Notes: generated by a model from the letters alone, not told the origin. A stretch of DNA of 64,000 nt from Gammaproteobacteria bacterium (GCA_965205955.1 OZ242192.1:949188-1013187), one strand, 5' to 3'; shown: positions 28,530-39,183, counted from the first letter of the stretch. A program made the numbers and translations.

Positions 28530-29540
28530 GTGTCTGTCTCCGCCCAGCTTGTAACAACGCCCGGTGACCGGCTCAGCCTGACATTGAGTCTGGCGATACT
28601 CGTACACGCGATGTTTATTTTAGGCATTACCTTCAGTGCGGAAGACGACCCCAAACCCCGCTTCGACACCATGGAAATCGTGCTGGTACAACAGCAAAGC
28701 CAAAAACCGGAAGAAGCCGACTTCCTGGCTCAGGCCAATCTGGAAGGAGGAGGAGCAAGCGAAGACAAGCTGAACCCGGCCACCCCGCTGCCCGCCCCAT
28801 TTCCACAGCAAAAGCCGGAAATCACCGCGCCCTCACCCGCAGAAAGCCGGCCGCCGGAGCCGGCAAAGCCGCAGGCTCCCGAAACACCGTTAACCCCGCC
28901 TGATCATCCCAACCCCTCGCAACCGGCAGAAAAATTGGTCGCAGAAAAAACAGACGCCAGGGAGTCCCTGGTCGAAAACCCCGGGAAACCGGAGCCCGAA
29001 CAAAAACCGTCTGAGCCGGAAACCCGGCCCGAATCGAAAACAAAACCCGAGCCGGAGCGGAAAAAACAGATCGATAAGACCGTTGCCAAACCGCCCACCC
29101 CCTCGGCGACAAAACTGTTGACCAACAGCTTCAAGATCGCCTCCCTAAGCGCGGAAATCAGACGCAAACTGGATGCCAGGGCAAAGCGGCCTCGGCGAAA
29201 ATTTATTTCGGCAAATACGCAAGAATACAAATATGCCTCGTACATGGATGCATGGCGGACCAAAGTGGAAAGAGTGGGGAATCTGAATTACCCGGAAGCG
29301 GCGCGCCGGCAAAATCTGTCGGGAAGTCTGGTGCTGGATGTTTCCTTGAATGTCGATGGATCGATCAATGACATTACCATTCGCAGTTCTTCAGGCCATA
29401 AAGTGCTCGATGACGCAGCCAAGAGAATAGTCAATCTTGCCTCGCCCTTTTCACCCTTCCCTGCTCAAATAGCCCAGGAAACCGACATATTGCATATAAT
29501 GCGCACCTGGCAATTCATAAATAATCGCAGTTTCAAATGA
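28530..29540 (+). CDS. tonB: TonB-family energy transducer (gshB-linked)
   Basis: N-terminal TM with His, Pro/Glu/Lys-rich linker, YP..ARR, SSG...LD.AA TonB_C domain. Confidence 0.85.
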   Translation: MSVSAQLVTTPGDRLSLTLSLAILVHAMFILGITFSAEDDPKPRFDTMEIVLVQQQSQKPEEADFLAQANLEGGGASEDKLNPATPLPAPFPQQKPEITAPSPAESRPPEPAKPQAPETPLTPPDHPNPSQPAEKLVAEKTDARESLVENPGKPEPEQKPSEPETRPESKTKPEPERKKQIDKTVAKPPTPSATKLLTNSFKIASLSAEIRRKLDARAKRPRRKFISANTQEYKYASYMDAWRTKVERVGNLNYPEAARRQNLSGSLVLDVSLNVDGSINDITIRSSSGHKVLDDAAKRIVNLASPFSPFPAQIAQETDILHIMRTWQFINNRSFK

Positions 29541-29589
29541 TTTTTATCAATCAGGATATTAATTGCGGTATTAAAGCCAAATGCCGCTC

Positions 29590-29610
29590 CGGTTTTACTC
29601 CCCCCTGACA
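29590..29610 (+). repeat. Exact 21-bp copy of the left end of the 7231 element
   Basis: CGGTTTTACTCCCCCCTGACA identical to 7231-7251. Confidence 0.7.
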
Positions 29611-29757
29611 TACCCCCCTGCATGTTACATCCCGCATGATCGCTCAAGACCTCGCCGGGCCTTGCGGCTATAATCCCTGATGCATATTATCAAGCTATGG
29701 AAAAAACGATATGATGGACAATAATGTAAACTGAATTTCCCTTGAAGGAGTGAGTGC

Positions 29758-30351
29758 ATGATTGAAACGGTAGACGTTAAGGTGTTTTTTAACTTCCGCA
29801 GCCCCTATTGTTATCTGGCGTCAAAACGAATGTGGCAGATATTTGATGAGTATCATGCCAATCTCATCTGGCGTCCCTTTGGCGGATGGGACGGCCGCTC
29901 ACCGCCGGAACGAGCTAAAGAAAAGCTCCCCCTGACTCGCGAGGACGTGGGGCGCTGGGCCAGGAAAATGGGGATACCGATGAATCCTCCGCCCATCACT
30001 ACAGACCCAACCAGGGCCGCTGCCGGTTCCTTGCTGGCCGAGGAGAAAGGGGTGTTGAGGGACTATATTACTGAGGTCATGCGCACTGAGTGGGCCGGAG
30101 GGCAGGACATTGGGCAGGATGATGTGTTGTTAGACGTGGGTGAGTCAATCGGGCTGGATAGAAACGAGTTGGCTGAAGCGATTGGATGCGAAAATCGCCG
30201 TAAACAACTGGAAATAACCAAACAGGAAGCCGATGAATCGGGGATCATCGGTGTTCCGAGTTTTATCGTTGGCGATGAGAAGTTCTGGGGCAACGATCGG
30301 ATTGATTTCGTTCTCGATCACCTGCGTGAATTGCGCGTGCGGCGCATTTAA
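29758..30351 (+). CDS. DsbA-like / 2-hydroxychromene-2-carboxylate isomerase (kappa-class GST) family protein
   Basis: FNFRSPYCYLA, GVPSF, FWGNDRI. Confidence 0.88.
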   Translation: MIETVDVKVFFNFRSPYCYLASKRMWQIFDEYHANLIWRPFGGWDGRSPPERAKEKLPLTREDVGRWARKMGIPMNPPPITTDPTRAAAGSLLAEEKGVLRDYITEVMRTEWAGGQDIGQDDVLLDVGESIGLDRNELAEAIGCENRRKQLEITKQEADESGIIGVPSFIVGDEKFWGNDRIDFVLDHLRELRVRRI

Positions 30352-30364
30352 AAGAGCGGTGTCA

Positions 30365-30967
30365 ATGGCTTTAAAACTCTTATCAAAGGAGCAATGCCCT
30401 TTTTGTTTGCAGGTTAAACTCGCCTTGCAATATTTTGATATTGCGTATGAATTAGAGGAATGGAAAACACCCGACAAGGATATGTTGCTGCGGTATTCGC
30501 CGCAGGGCTCCTCTCCGGTCTTGGTCGTGGACGACTTTTCAATCTGGGATTCCTCATCTATCATTTATTATCTGGAAGATGTTGCCGCCAATGGTAAAAC
30601 GCTGTTCCCGGGCAATGAAACCGAACGGGCCAAGGCCCGCTTGTTGCAGACCTACAGTAATTCCATCGTCGGCAAGGATCTGCGGGAAGTGATCTTTGAA
30701 AAGCGCAGTAAACCCGAATCCGAATGGGACCTGGAAAGGATTAAAAAGGGCGATCAGGGCTGGCGCAATGCGCTGGACTGGTTGGAAGCAAAGATAGAAT
30801 CTGACAACAGTTTTCTTTCTGCCGGTTTCTCTGTTGCAGATGCGGCCTTGTTACCCCGGTTTACGCTGGCCGAAAAATACGGTGTCGGAGTCGATGAAAG
30901 GCATAAAAAATTATTGCATTGGTTCCAAGGTTCCGGGAAACGGTGGAGCGGTTCAATCGCCGTTTGA
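30365..30967 (+). CDS. Glutathione S-transferase family protein
   Basis: CPFC, SPVLV, DSSSI..YLE, FSVADAA. Confidence 0.88.
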   Translation: MALKLLSKEQCPFCLQVKLALQYFDIAYELEEWKTPDKDMLLRYSPQGSSPVLVVDDFSIWDSSSIIYYLEDVAANGKTLFPGNETERAKARLLQTYSNSIVGKDLREVIFEKRSKPESEWDLERIKKGDQGWRNALDWLEAKIESDNSFLSAGFSVADAALLPRFTLAEKYGVGVDERHKKLLHWFQGSGKRWSGSIAV

Positions 30968-31025
30968 GCGAGACATTGCGTAGCAAGCCGCACATCCAAA
31001 GCAACTCGGGCAATATCCGGGCTAT

Positions 31026-31997
31026 TTATACGGACTCCATCGAACTGATATGGCGATGCACCGAAAGCCAGGAGCCGCCCAGACCCAGAATTACACTTAT
31101 GCCAAGCAGGATCATAAAATAGAAAAGGCTGGGGGGGGCAAGCTCGAATTGGCTGTTGTAGAGTGCGGCAAGCCGGTCAACTGGGGCCTTGAGTAGCTGC
31201 AATGAGGTTCTGATCAGTAGCCAGGCGATGATCGCCCCAAATACGCCATACCAGAGACCGCTGTACAGAAACGGTCGCCGAATGAATGCGTTGCTGCCGC
31301 CAAACAGTTTGGTAATTTCTATTTCCTGTTTGCGGTTGTAGATCGATAGACGAATGGTATTGCCGACGATCAGCAGTACCGCTATCGCAAGCAGTGCGAA
31401 TAAAATGAATATGGCCCGTTTAATTATATCCACCAGGGTGAATAGTCGTTGTACCCACTGCCTGTCATATTGCAGGAAATCGGTTTGTCTGAGGCCGGCC
31501 AATTCATCGAATACTTCTTCCTGCTGCGCCGGGTCCAAAACACTGTCGAGTCTAATCCCCAGGACATTGGGAAAGGGGTTTTCCTCAACCGCATCGAGCG
31601 CTTCGGAAAACCCGGATAAATGCCGGTATTCGTTCAGCGCATTGGCCCTGGATATTATGATCACTTCGGAAATTCTTTGATCTTTTTCCAAATCATCCGC
31701 CAGTTTTTTCGTGTCTTCATCCGGTATCTCCTGCTTCAGAAACAGTGTAATTTGTGCCGTGCCATCCCAATGGGAGGATATACGCAGCACGTTTTCCAGC
31801 AGCAGATAGAAACCGGCCGGCAGGGCCAGGGAAATGCCGATTACCGCGGCGGTAAGCAGATTGCTGAGTGGATTGCGCAAATACTGGCCCAGGCTGAATA
31901 CCAGGGCCTGTGCGTGCTGTATGAACCAGATGGATATTCTGCGCCGCAATTCTTGCGTAAAGCCCAGGCGTGAAGCATGTCTTTTTGTTGTTTTCAC
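31026..31997 (-). CDS. ftsX: Cell division permease FtsX
   Basis: IGISLALP, ENP.P, NTIRL.I..R..EI...KL.G....FIRRPFLY.G. Confidence 0.95.
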   Translation of the reverse strand: MKTTKRHASRLGFTQELRRRISIWFIQHAQALVFSLGQYLRNPLSNLLTAAVIGISLALPAGFYLLLENVLRISSHWDGTAQITLFLKQEIPDEDTKKLADDLEKDQRISEVIIISRANALNEYRHLSGFSEALDAVEENPFPNVLGIRLDSVLDPAQQEEVFDELAGLRQTDFLQYDRQWVQRLFTLVDIIKRAIFILFALLAIAVLLIVGNTIRLSIYNRKQEIEITKLFGGSNAFIRRPFLYSGLWYGVFGAIIAWLLIRTSLQLLKAPVDRLAALYNSQFELAPPSLFYFMILLGISVILGLGGSWLSVHRHISSMESV

Positions 31998-32671
31998 AAC
32001 TCTTTTGGTGTGCCGGCACTGGCCAGAATATGCCCCTGGCGCAGTGTAATAATGCGTTTTTTCATGCGCCTGATCAGGTTCAGGTTATGGGTGGCAATCA
32101 ATACCGTAACGCCGATGCGGTTGAAACTCTCAAATAATTGCATTGTGTCCCAGGACAGTATCGGATCGAGATTGCCGGTCGGTTCGTCGGCCAGCAGCAG
32201 TGCGGGTCTGTGTACCACGGCCCGGGCGACGCCGACCCGCTGCTGTTCGCCGCCCGACAGCGCCATGGGGCTGGCATTGATTTTTGGCAGTAAACTGACT
32301 TTCTCCAGTGCGGCGTTTACCCGTTTTTTTATATCGGTATGGCGATAGCCGGCAATGACCAGCGGCAAGGCGACATTGTCGAAAACACTGCGGTCGAACA
32401 GCAGGCGATGATCCTGAAATATGAAGCCAATGTTGCGTCTGAATAGCGATACACGGCGTCCCCGCACCCGTTCCAGGTTTTGTCCATTGATTATAAGCTG
32501 ACCGCGGGTATGGCGATCGATTAATGCAATCAATCGAAGCAATGTGCTTTTACCCGCCCCGGAACGGCCGGTGACATAGGCCATCGCCCCCCGTTCAATA
32601 TGCAAATTGATATTGTGCAGCGCCTCCTTGCCGCCGGGGTAGGTCATGGATACCTTGTTGAAAAGGATCAT
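31994..32671 (-). CDS. ftsE: Cell division ATP-binding protein FtsE
   Basis: G.SGAGKST, FQDHRLL, LSGGEQQRVG.ARA, LADEPTGNLD. Confidence 0.96.
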   Translation of the reverse strand: MILFNKVSMTYPGGKEALHNINLHIERGAMAYVTGRSGAGKSTLLRLIALIDRHTRGQLIINGQNLERVRGRRVSLFRRNIGFIFQDHRLLFDRSVFDNVALPLVIAGYRHTDIKKRVNAALEKVSLLPKINASPMALSGGEQQRVGVARAVVHRPALLLADEPTGNLDPILSWDTMQLFESFNRIGVTVLIATHNLNLIRRMKKRIITLRQGHILASAGTPKEL

Positions 32672-33633
32672 GAATCGGCTGCTAACAGCGCATCGACAAA
32701 TTCACCGGCGGTAAATGGATGTAAATCATTGATTCCCTCGCCGACGCCGACAAAGCGTATCGGCTTTGCCAATACGCTTGCCAGCGCCAGGACTATACCG
32801 CCTTTGGCAGTGCCGTCGAGTTTCGTCAGGATCAGGCTGTCTATTCCCACGGCATTATCGAATTCCCGCGCCTGCACCAGTGCGTTTTGTCCGGTGCCGG
32901 CATCCAGCGTCAATATCGTCTCGCAGCCGATGTGCTCATCGAATTTATTGATCACCCGTCTTATTTTTTTCAATTGTTCCATCAGATTGATGTGGGTGTG
33001 CAGGCGGCCGGCGGTATCGGCAATAACGATATCGATATTATTTGCCCGCGCCGATTGCAGACAGTCAAATATCACCGCGCCGGGATCTGCCCCGGACTGC
33101 CGGGCAGTGACATTGACGTTGCTGCGTCTGCCCCATTCCCGCAACTGCTCAACGGCGGCGGCGCGGAAGGTATCGCCCGCCGCAAGCTGCACGGTTTTGC
33201 CCAGCCCGAGCAGATGATGGGAAAGTTTGCCGATGGCGCTGGTCTTGCCGCATCCGTTGACGCCAACGATTAAAATGACATGCGGTTTTGGCGCCGCATC
33301 GGCAAATACCCACTGCTGCTGCATCGGGATGAGTTTCTGCAGCAGGATATTTTTCAGGACGGCGGCAATGCCCTCCCTGTCGAGTCCCGCGCTTGAATGC
33401 CGTTCGAGCGCAGCAGTGATGGTTTGCGTGGTCTGAATACCCACATCCGCCGTCAATAATCGCTCTTCAATCTCCTCGAGCATTTCCGCGTCCAGCTTTT
33501 GGCCGGCGGCGAAATGATCGAGCAGTTTTCCGAAAACACTCCTTTCGGTTCCGGCCAGAGCCTGTTCAAGTTGTGCCGGATTTTTTTGTTCGACAGGGGC
33601 GCTGGCAGTATTTTTTCTCTTTAATCCAAACAC
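32668..33633 (-). CDS. ftsY: SRP receptor FtsY (short form without long acidic A domain)
   Basis: GVNGCGKT, DTFRAAA, DTAGR, TKLDGTAKGG. Confidence 0.96.
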   Translation of the reverse strand: MFGLKRKNTASAPVEQKNPAQLEQALAGTERSVFGKLLDHFAAGQKLDAEMLEEIEERLLTADVGIQTTQTITAALERHSSAGLDREGIAAVLKNILLQKLIPMQQQWVFADAAPKPHVILIVGVNGCGKTSAIGKLSHHLLGLGKTVQLAAGDTFRAAAVEQLREWGRRSNVNVTARQSGADPGAVIFDCLQSARANNIDIVIADTAGRLHTHINLMEQLKKIRRVINKFDEHIGCETILTLDAGTGQNALVQAREFDNAVGIDSLILTKLDGTAKGGIVLALASVLAKPIRFVGVGEGINDLHPFTAGEFVDALLAADS

Positions 33634-33744
33634 CGAATAACCTCACAAGACAAAAGTATGAAAATTATTGTATCCTATCACTAACTTTCGTTGACTCATA
33701 AGGTCAAACTGACTCTAAAACAGATATTGGAACAAGTACCGATT

Positions 33745-35139
33745 ATGAAAATAATGAAGCGTCTGCACTATTTAACCGCCTTTTCTGCTTGCCTCTTGCT
33801 GTCTCCTCACAGTATGGCCGCAGTATCCGAATATAATCTGGCAAACGGGCTTACATTGCTGGTGAAGGAAGACCATCGCGCGCCGATTGTAGTATCCCAG
33901 GTGTGGTACAAGGTCGGTTCCAGCTATGAATATGATGGTATTACCGGCATATCGCATGCATTGGAGCATATGATGTTCAAGGGCACCGGAAAATATCCGT
34001 TTGGAGAATTTTCACGCATTATCTCCTCAAATGGCGGCCGGGACAATGCCTTCACCGGACAGGATTATACGACCTATTTTCAAACTCTGGAGAGTTCGCG
34101 CCTGGAGATCAGTTTTGCACTCGAAGCCGACCGAATGCGTAATCTCATTATACCGGAGCAGGAATTTCTGAAAGAAATAGAGGTGGTAAAAGAGGAGCGG
34201 CGCCTGCGCACCGAGGATAATCCGCAATCGTATATGTATGAAGTGGCAATGGCGACCGCATTTCAGACCAGTCCCTACCGCCAGCCGATCGTCGGCTGGA
34301 TGCATGATTTGGATGCAATGAATACCGCGCAGTTGAAATCCTGGTATAAGCAATGGTATGCGCCGAATAATGCCGTAGTTGTGGTAGCCGGCGATGTTGT
34401 GCCGGAAGGGGTGCGTGTGCTGGCCGAAAAATACTTTGCTCCAATCCCGGCGATGCGAATAGCGAAAAGCCCGCCGAGACCGGAAATGGAACAATCCGGC
34501 ATGAAACGGCTGAAGGTAAAGCGGCCGGCAAATCTGCCCTATCTGTTGATGGCTTACAAAGTCCCGACCCTGCCATTGGCGGCGAAAAATAATGATACGG
34601 CGCCTTGGGAAGCGTATGCGCTGGATGTGTTGGTCGGCATACTTGACGGCGGCAAAAGCGCCCGTTTAGCCAGCCGCCTGGTGCGCGGACAGGAAGTAGC
34701 TACCGATGCGAATGCCAGCTATAGCATGATTGCCAGGCTTGACCAGACCACTCTGTTGCTTAGCGGCAGCCCTTCGCAGGGGCATTCGGTAAAGGAATTA
34801 GAGGTGGCCTTCAGGCAGGAGATTGTTGACCTGCAATTGAATCCGGTTGATGAGGCCGAGCTGCAACGGGTGAAGACGCAGACGGTGTCCGAGGATATTT
34901 ATCAAAAAGACTCTATATTTTTTCAGGCCCTGATCCTGGGCTTTTTGGAGGCGGTGGGGCTTGATTGGGAAATAGCGGATGATTATGTGGACAACATTCA
35001 TGCCGTTACCGCAGAGCAGGTTATGGCGGTGGCAAAAAAATATCTGATTGATAACCGGCTGACCGTGGCGGAACTCGAGCCGCAGCTAATAGAAGCCGGG
35101 CAGCGTGTAACCAGCGGAGCGCCGGGACGTGCTCATTAG
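33745..35139 (+). CDS. M16 (pitrilysin-like) zinc peptidase, catalytic subunit
   Basis: Signal peptide, HALEHMMFKGT (HxxEH), NAFT, EERRLR; exact start uncertain. Confidence 0.92.
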   Translation: MKIMKRLHYLTAFSACLLLSPHSMAAVSEYNLANGLTLLVKEDHRAPIVVSQVWYKVGSSYEYDGITGISHALEHMMFKGTGKYPFGEFSRIISSNGGRDNAFTGQDYTTYFQTLESSRLEISFALEADRMRNLIIPEQEFLKEIEVVKEERRLRTEDNPQSYMYEVAMATAFQTSPYRQPIVGWMHDLDAMNTAQLKSWYKQWYAPNNAVVVVAGDVVPEGVRVLAEKYFAPIPAMRIAKSPPRPEMEQSGMKRLKVKRPANLPYLLMAYKVPTLPLAAKNNDTAPWEAYALDVLVGILDGGKSARLASRLVRGQEVATDANASYSMIARLDQTTLLLSGSPSQGHSVKELEVAFRQEIVDLQLNPVDEAELQRVKTQTVSEDIYQKDSIFFQALILGFLEAVGLDWEIADDYVDNIHAVTAEQVMAVAKKYLIDNRLTVAELEPQLIEAGQRVTSGAPGRAH

Positions 35140-36442
35140 ATACTGGCCTGTCCTGCTGGCGCTGGTTTCGAGCCCGCTGTCGGCAATCCCGGAAATCCAG
35201 CATTGGGAAACGGCAAAAGGCGCGCGCGTATTTTTTGTCGAAACGCACGAATTGCCGATATTGGACGTCAAGTTGATCTTCAGCGGGGGCAGTAGCCGTG
35301 ATGGCGAGTTGAACGGATTGGCCTTGTTGACCTCCAGCCTGTTGAATGAAGGTGCGGATGGCCTGAATGCCGATCAAATCAGCAGCGCTTTTGAATCGGT
35401 AGGCGCCGTCTATTCAGCGGACGCCGACAACGACTATACCGCGGTCAACTTGCGCATTGTGGTTGAGAGAAGCATGGTGATCCCCGCGTTCGAGAATTTC
35501 AAGCGCGTTATTTCGCGCCCCGATTTTCCTGCAAGCGCATTTGAACTCCAACGCAAACGTATGCTGCTGAATATACAAAAGAAGCAGCAGTCTCCATCCA
35601 GTCTTGCCAGAGATGCCTTTTACTCTTCGCTGTATGGCGAACACCCGTATGCCGCCCCGGTTGCGGGAACGGAGCGGTCTATAGAAATGATTGAGCGCAG
35701 TGATGTTATTGATTTTTACCGCAAGTACTATGTTGCCGCCAACACGACAATTGCGATTGTCGGCGACCTAAGCCGGGATCAGGCCGTGGCCCTTGCCGAG
35801 GAATTAACCAGCGAACTGCGAAAGGGCAAACGGCCGGAGGCGCTGCCAAAGGTGAGTAATCCGGAGCAATCTCAAACCCATGCCTTGCCGCACCCCTCAC
35901 AGCAAACTCATATTCTCGTGGGGCAGCTTGGCATAAAGCACAGGGATCCGGATTATTTTGCCTTATATGTCGGCAACCATATACTCGGCGGTAGCGGTAT
36001 GGTGTCGCGCCTGTTCGAGGAGATCAGGGAGAAGCGCGGCTTATCCTATACCGCATACAGCTATTTCGCGCCAATGCGCGAAGCAGGGCCTTTTCTGGCT
36101 GGTTTGCAGACTAAAAACAACCAGGTCAACGATGCGCTGGCGGTACTGATGAACAATTTGCGGCACTTTATCGAATTGGGGCCGTCGGAACAGGAGTTGC
36201 TGGCATCGAAGCAGAACATCACCGGCGGTTTTCCGCTGCGGTTGGACAGCAATGCCAAAATTCTCAATTATACCGCAGTGATTGGCTTTTATAATCTGTC
36301 GCTGGATTATTTGCATACCTTCAATAAAAAGGTGGAAGCGGTGACTGTTGCGCAAATAAAAGACGCATTCAAACGCCGCCTCGATCCGGATAAGTTGATT
36401 ACCATCATGGTGGGGCGGCAGCAGGAAGAGCAGGGGGGGTGA
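35129..36442 (+). CDS. M16 peptidase, non-catalytic partner subunit
   Basis: No HxxEH; SRLFEEIREKRGLSY (R/Y pair); overlaps the upstream gene. Confidence 0.9.
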   Translation: MLIRYWPVLLALVSSPLSAIPEIQHWETAKGARVFFVETHELPILDVKLIFSGGSSRDGELNGLALLTSSLLNEGADGLNADQISSAFESVGAVYSADADNDYTAVNLRIVVERSMVIPAFENFKRVISRPDFPASAFELQRKRMLLNIQKKQQSPSSLARDAFYSSLYGEHPYAAPVAGTERSIEMIERSDVIDFYRKYYVAANTTIAIVGDLSRDQAVALAEELTSELRKGKRPEALPKVSNPEQSQTHALPHPSQQTHILVGQLGIKHRDPDYFALYVGNHILGGSGMVSRLFEEIREKRGLSYTAYSYFAPMREAGPFLAGLQTKNNQVNDALAVLMNNLRHFIELGPSEQELLASKQNITGGFPLRLDSNAKILNYTAVIGFYNLSLDYLHTFNKKVEAVTVAQIKDAFKRRLDPDKLITIMVGRQQEEQGG

Positions 36443-36999
36443 GCACATTGTCCGGCCTCGGCAGGATCAGGGTTATAGGCGGCCAATGGCGCGGTCGGAA
36501 GCTCACGGTAAAATTATCACCCCGGCTCAGACCGACACCCAGTCGTTTGCGTGAAACCCTGTTCAACTGGCTGCAACCCTGTACGCAGGATGCCGACTGT
36601 CTGGACCTGTTCGCCGGAACCGGCTCCCTTGGTTTTGAAGCCGTTTCACGCGGAGCGGCGACGGCAACGTTGATCGAAAACAATACCGGGGTTTTTGCAC
36701 AACTGAAAATCCAATGCCGGAAATTCGATACCCGGAATGTATCTCTGATCAGGATGGACGCATTAGCATGGCTGCGGCAGAATAAAATACAATTTGACCT
36801 TGTCTTTCTTGATCCGCCCTTCAATCAGGATCTGGTGGCCAAAAGCTGTGCCAGTTTGATCGAAAACCGCGCATTGAAGCCCGGCAGTCTGGTCTATGTA
36901 GAATCCGAGCCGGGACTCGAAATGCCGGAGCGCTGGACCATCAGGAAGCAAAGCCGGGCCGGGCATGTTCAATGCGGCTTGATTGAATATAGCGGGTAA
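36439..36999 (+). CDS. rsmD: 16S rRNA m2G966 methyltransferase
   Basis: RVIGGQWRGRKL, RPT, LDLFAGTGSLG.EA.SRGA, FLDPPF. Confidence 0.95.
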   Translation: MSTLSGLGRIRVIGGQWRGRKLTVKLSPRLRPTPSRLRETLFNWLQPCTQDADCLDLFAGTGSLGFEAVSRGAATATLIENNTGVFAQLKIQCRKFDTRNVSLIRMDALAWLRQNKIQFDLVFLDPPFNQDLVAKSCASLIENRALKPGSLVYVESEPGLEMPERWTIRKQSRAGHVQCGLIEYSG

Positions 37000-37000
37000 C

Positions 37001-37483
37001 ATGAACATTATTGCGATCTATCCCGGAACCTTTGACCCGCTCACTACCGGCCACCGGGATGTCATTGAACGCGCCGGCCGATTGTTTACCCGTGTTATTC
37101 TGGCCGTTGCGGACACCCCCGACAAGCAAACCATGTTTACCTCCGATGAGCGCGTCGCACTGGCGCACAAGGTGCTTTCCGGAATGGATAATATCGAGGT
37201 ATGCGGATTCAATAAACTGGCAACCGATCTTGCGCGTGAAAAAAATGCCAATGTCATTATTCGCGGATTGCGGGCGGTCTCTGATTTTGATTACGAGTTT
37301 CAAATGGCCGGGATGAATCGGCAGTTATTCAAAGATGCCGAAACCATTTTTTTAACTCCTGCAGAGCACCTGAGCTATCTTTCATCCAGTCTGGTGAAGG
37401 AAGTCGCCCGCTTGGGCGGAGATATTTCCAGGTTTGTCGATCCCGTGGTGCTGGAAGCAGTGCATAAAAAACTGGGCAAATAG
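37001..37483 (+). CDS. coaD: Pantetheine-phosphate adenylyltransferase
   Basis: YPGTFDPLTTGH, RGLRAVSDFDYE, SSSLVKE. Confidence 0.96.
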   Translation: MNIIAIYPGTFDPLTTGHRDVIERAGRLFTRVILAVADTPDKQTMFTSDERVALAHKVLSGMDNIEVCGFNKLATDLAREKNANVIIRGLRAVSDFDYEFQMAGMNRQLFKDAETIFLTPAEHLSYLSSSLVKEVARLGGDISRFVDPVVLEAVHKKLGK

Positions 37484-37498
37484 CTGGTAGCATCGTCT

Positions 37499-39175
37499 AT
37501 GCGCCACCTTTTCTGTCTGCTCGTATTTCTCTGCGGTTTCAGCCTGCATGCCCAGGCCAAGACACCCCGGCAATTTGCCGTTGCAACCGCCCACCCCCTG
37601 GCTACCGAGGCCGGCGTTCAGATCCTGCAACAGGGAGGCAATGCCTTCGATGCGGCGGCGGCGATCAGTGCGGCATTGTCGGTGGTTGAACCTTACGGCT
37701 CCGGTCTGGGCGGCGGCGGATTCTGGCTCTTGCACCGGCAATCCGATCAAAGGCAACGCATGATCGACGGAAGAGAAACCGCGTCCGCTCTCGCCAGGCA
37801 TACCATGTATCTGGATAAGAACGGCGGCATTGTCAGCGGGCTTTCATTAAATGGTCCTCTAGCCGCCGGCATACCGGGGATCCCGGCCGGCATCGATCAT
37901 TTAATCAGGCAGTACGGGCGCATGCCGTTGAAACAAATTCTTGCGCCTGCAATCGCACTCGCAGACGGGGGCTTCCCGGTTACCGAGCGCTACCGAAAAC
38001 TGGCCGGTTTTCGCCTTGAGGTGATGCGACGCTATGCGGACACCGCCGCGATATTTTTAAGAGATAACGCCATTCCGCAACCAGGGGAGATGATCCGCCA
38101 GCCGGAGCTTGCCGACACACTGCGGCAAATGGCCGAGAAGGGGATAGACGATTTTTACCGAGGTGAAATCGCCGAACGGCTGATCGACGGGGTGAGTGGG
38201 GCCGGCGGTAATTGGCGGGCGCGGGACCTTGCCGATTACCGGATCAAGGAGCGCCCGCCGGTAATTTTCAATTATCACAACATGCGTATCGTTTCCGCGC
38301 CGCTGCCTTCTTCCGGGGGCGTGGTGCTGGCTCAGGCCCTGGGCATTCTGGAGCGCTTTGACCTGGACGAGTTATCCGAAAGCGACCGGCGGCATGTGGT
38401 AATCGAGGCAATGCGGCGGGCATACCGCGACCGTGCCGCATATCTTGGCGATTCGGATTACGTCCGGGTACCCGTTGACCGGCTGTTGCATAAAGACTAT
38501 CTGGAAGGCATGGCCATTGGTATAGAAATGCACCGGGCCACCACCAGCACCGAATTGTCCCGCAGCGATCCGGACTACCGCAAGCGGGGTGAAAACACCA
38601 CGCATTTCTCTGTTCTTGACACCGAAGGCAACCGTGTGGCCGCGACCTTGAGCATTAATTTGCCCTTTGGTTCCGGTTTTACCGTCCCCGGAACCGGGAT
38701 ATTACTCAATAACGAGATGGACGATTTCGCAATAAAACCCAATACGCCGAATGCCTACGGCCTGGTTGGTGATCACGCCAATCTCATCGAACCGGGCAAA
38801 CGGCCTCTGTCCAGTATGACCCCGACCTTTGTCGAAACCCCGGACAGGATCGGCATATTGGGCACGCCCGGGGGCAGCCGGATCATCAGCATGGTGTTAT
38901 TGAGTATATTGGACATGGCCAAAGGAACCCCGCCGGGATCCTGGGTGGCGGCGCCACGCTACCATCATCAATTTCTGCCCGATACGGTGCAATTTGAACA
39001 AGGCGGTTTGACCCCGTTGGAGCAACGTGCCCTGATAGACAGGGGGCATACACTGAGCGAAAAAAACCGGCGCTATGGTAATATGCAGGCCATTATGTGG
39101 TGGAAGCTGGGAAATCTGGTGTATGCCGCCAGTGATCCCAGAGGCGAAGGAGCGGCGGCGGTGCTGTGGCCCTAA
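37499..39175 (+). CDS. ggt: Gamma-glutamyltransferase
   Basis: GGNAFDAA, GLGGGGF, TTHFS (catalytic Thr), LNNEMDDF, KRPLSSM.P, GTPGGSRI. Confidence 0.95.
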   Translation: MRHLFCLLVFLCGFSLHAQAKTPRQFAVATAHPLATEAGVQILQQGGNAFDAAAAISAALSVVEPYGSGLGGGGFWLLHRQSDQRQRMIDGRETASALARHTMYLDKNGGIVSGLSLNGPLAAGIPGIPAGIDHLIRQYGRMPLKQILAPAIALADGGFPVTERYRKLAGFRLEVMRRYADTAAIFLRDNAIPQPGEMIRQPELADTLRQMAEKGIDDFYRGEIAERLIDGVSGAGGNWRARDLADYRIKERPPVIFNYHNMRIVSAPLPSSGGVVLAQALGILERFDLDELSESDRRHVVIEAMRRAYRDRAAYLGDSDYVRVPVDRLLHKDYLEGMAIGIEMHRATTSTELSRSDPDYRKRGENTTHFSVLDTEGNRVAATLSINLPFGSGFTVPGTGILLNNEMDDFAIKPNTPNAYGLVGDHANLIEPGKRPLSSMTPTFVETPDRIGILGTPGGSRIISMVLLSILDMAKGTPPGSWVAAPRYHHQFLPDTVQFEQGGLTPLEQRALIDRGHTLSEKNRRYGNMQAIMWWKLGNLVYAASDPRGEGAAAVLWP

Positions 39176-39183
39176 GCATCTTT

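Noticed and set aside
28780-29110. Low-complexity Pro/Glu/Lys repeats
   Set aside because: Normal TonB periplasmic linker
29541-29757. Possible replication origin at the skew change
   Set aside because: No TTATCCACA-like DnaA boxes and no dnaA/gidA context
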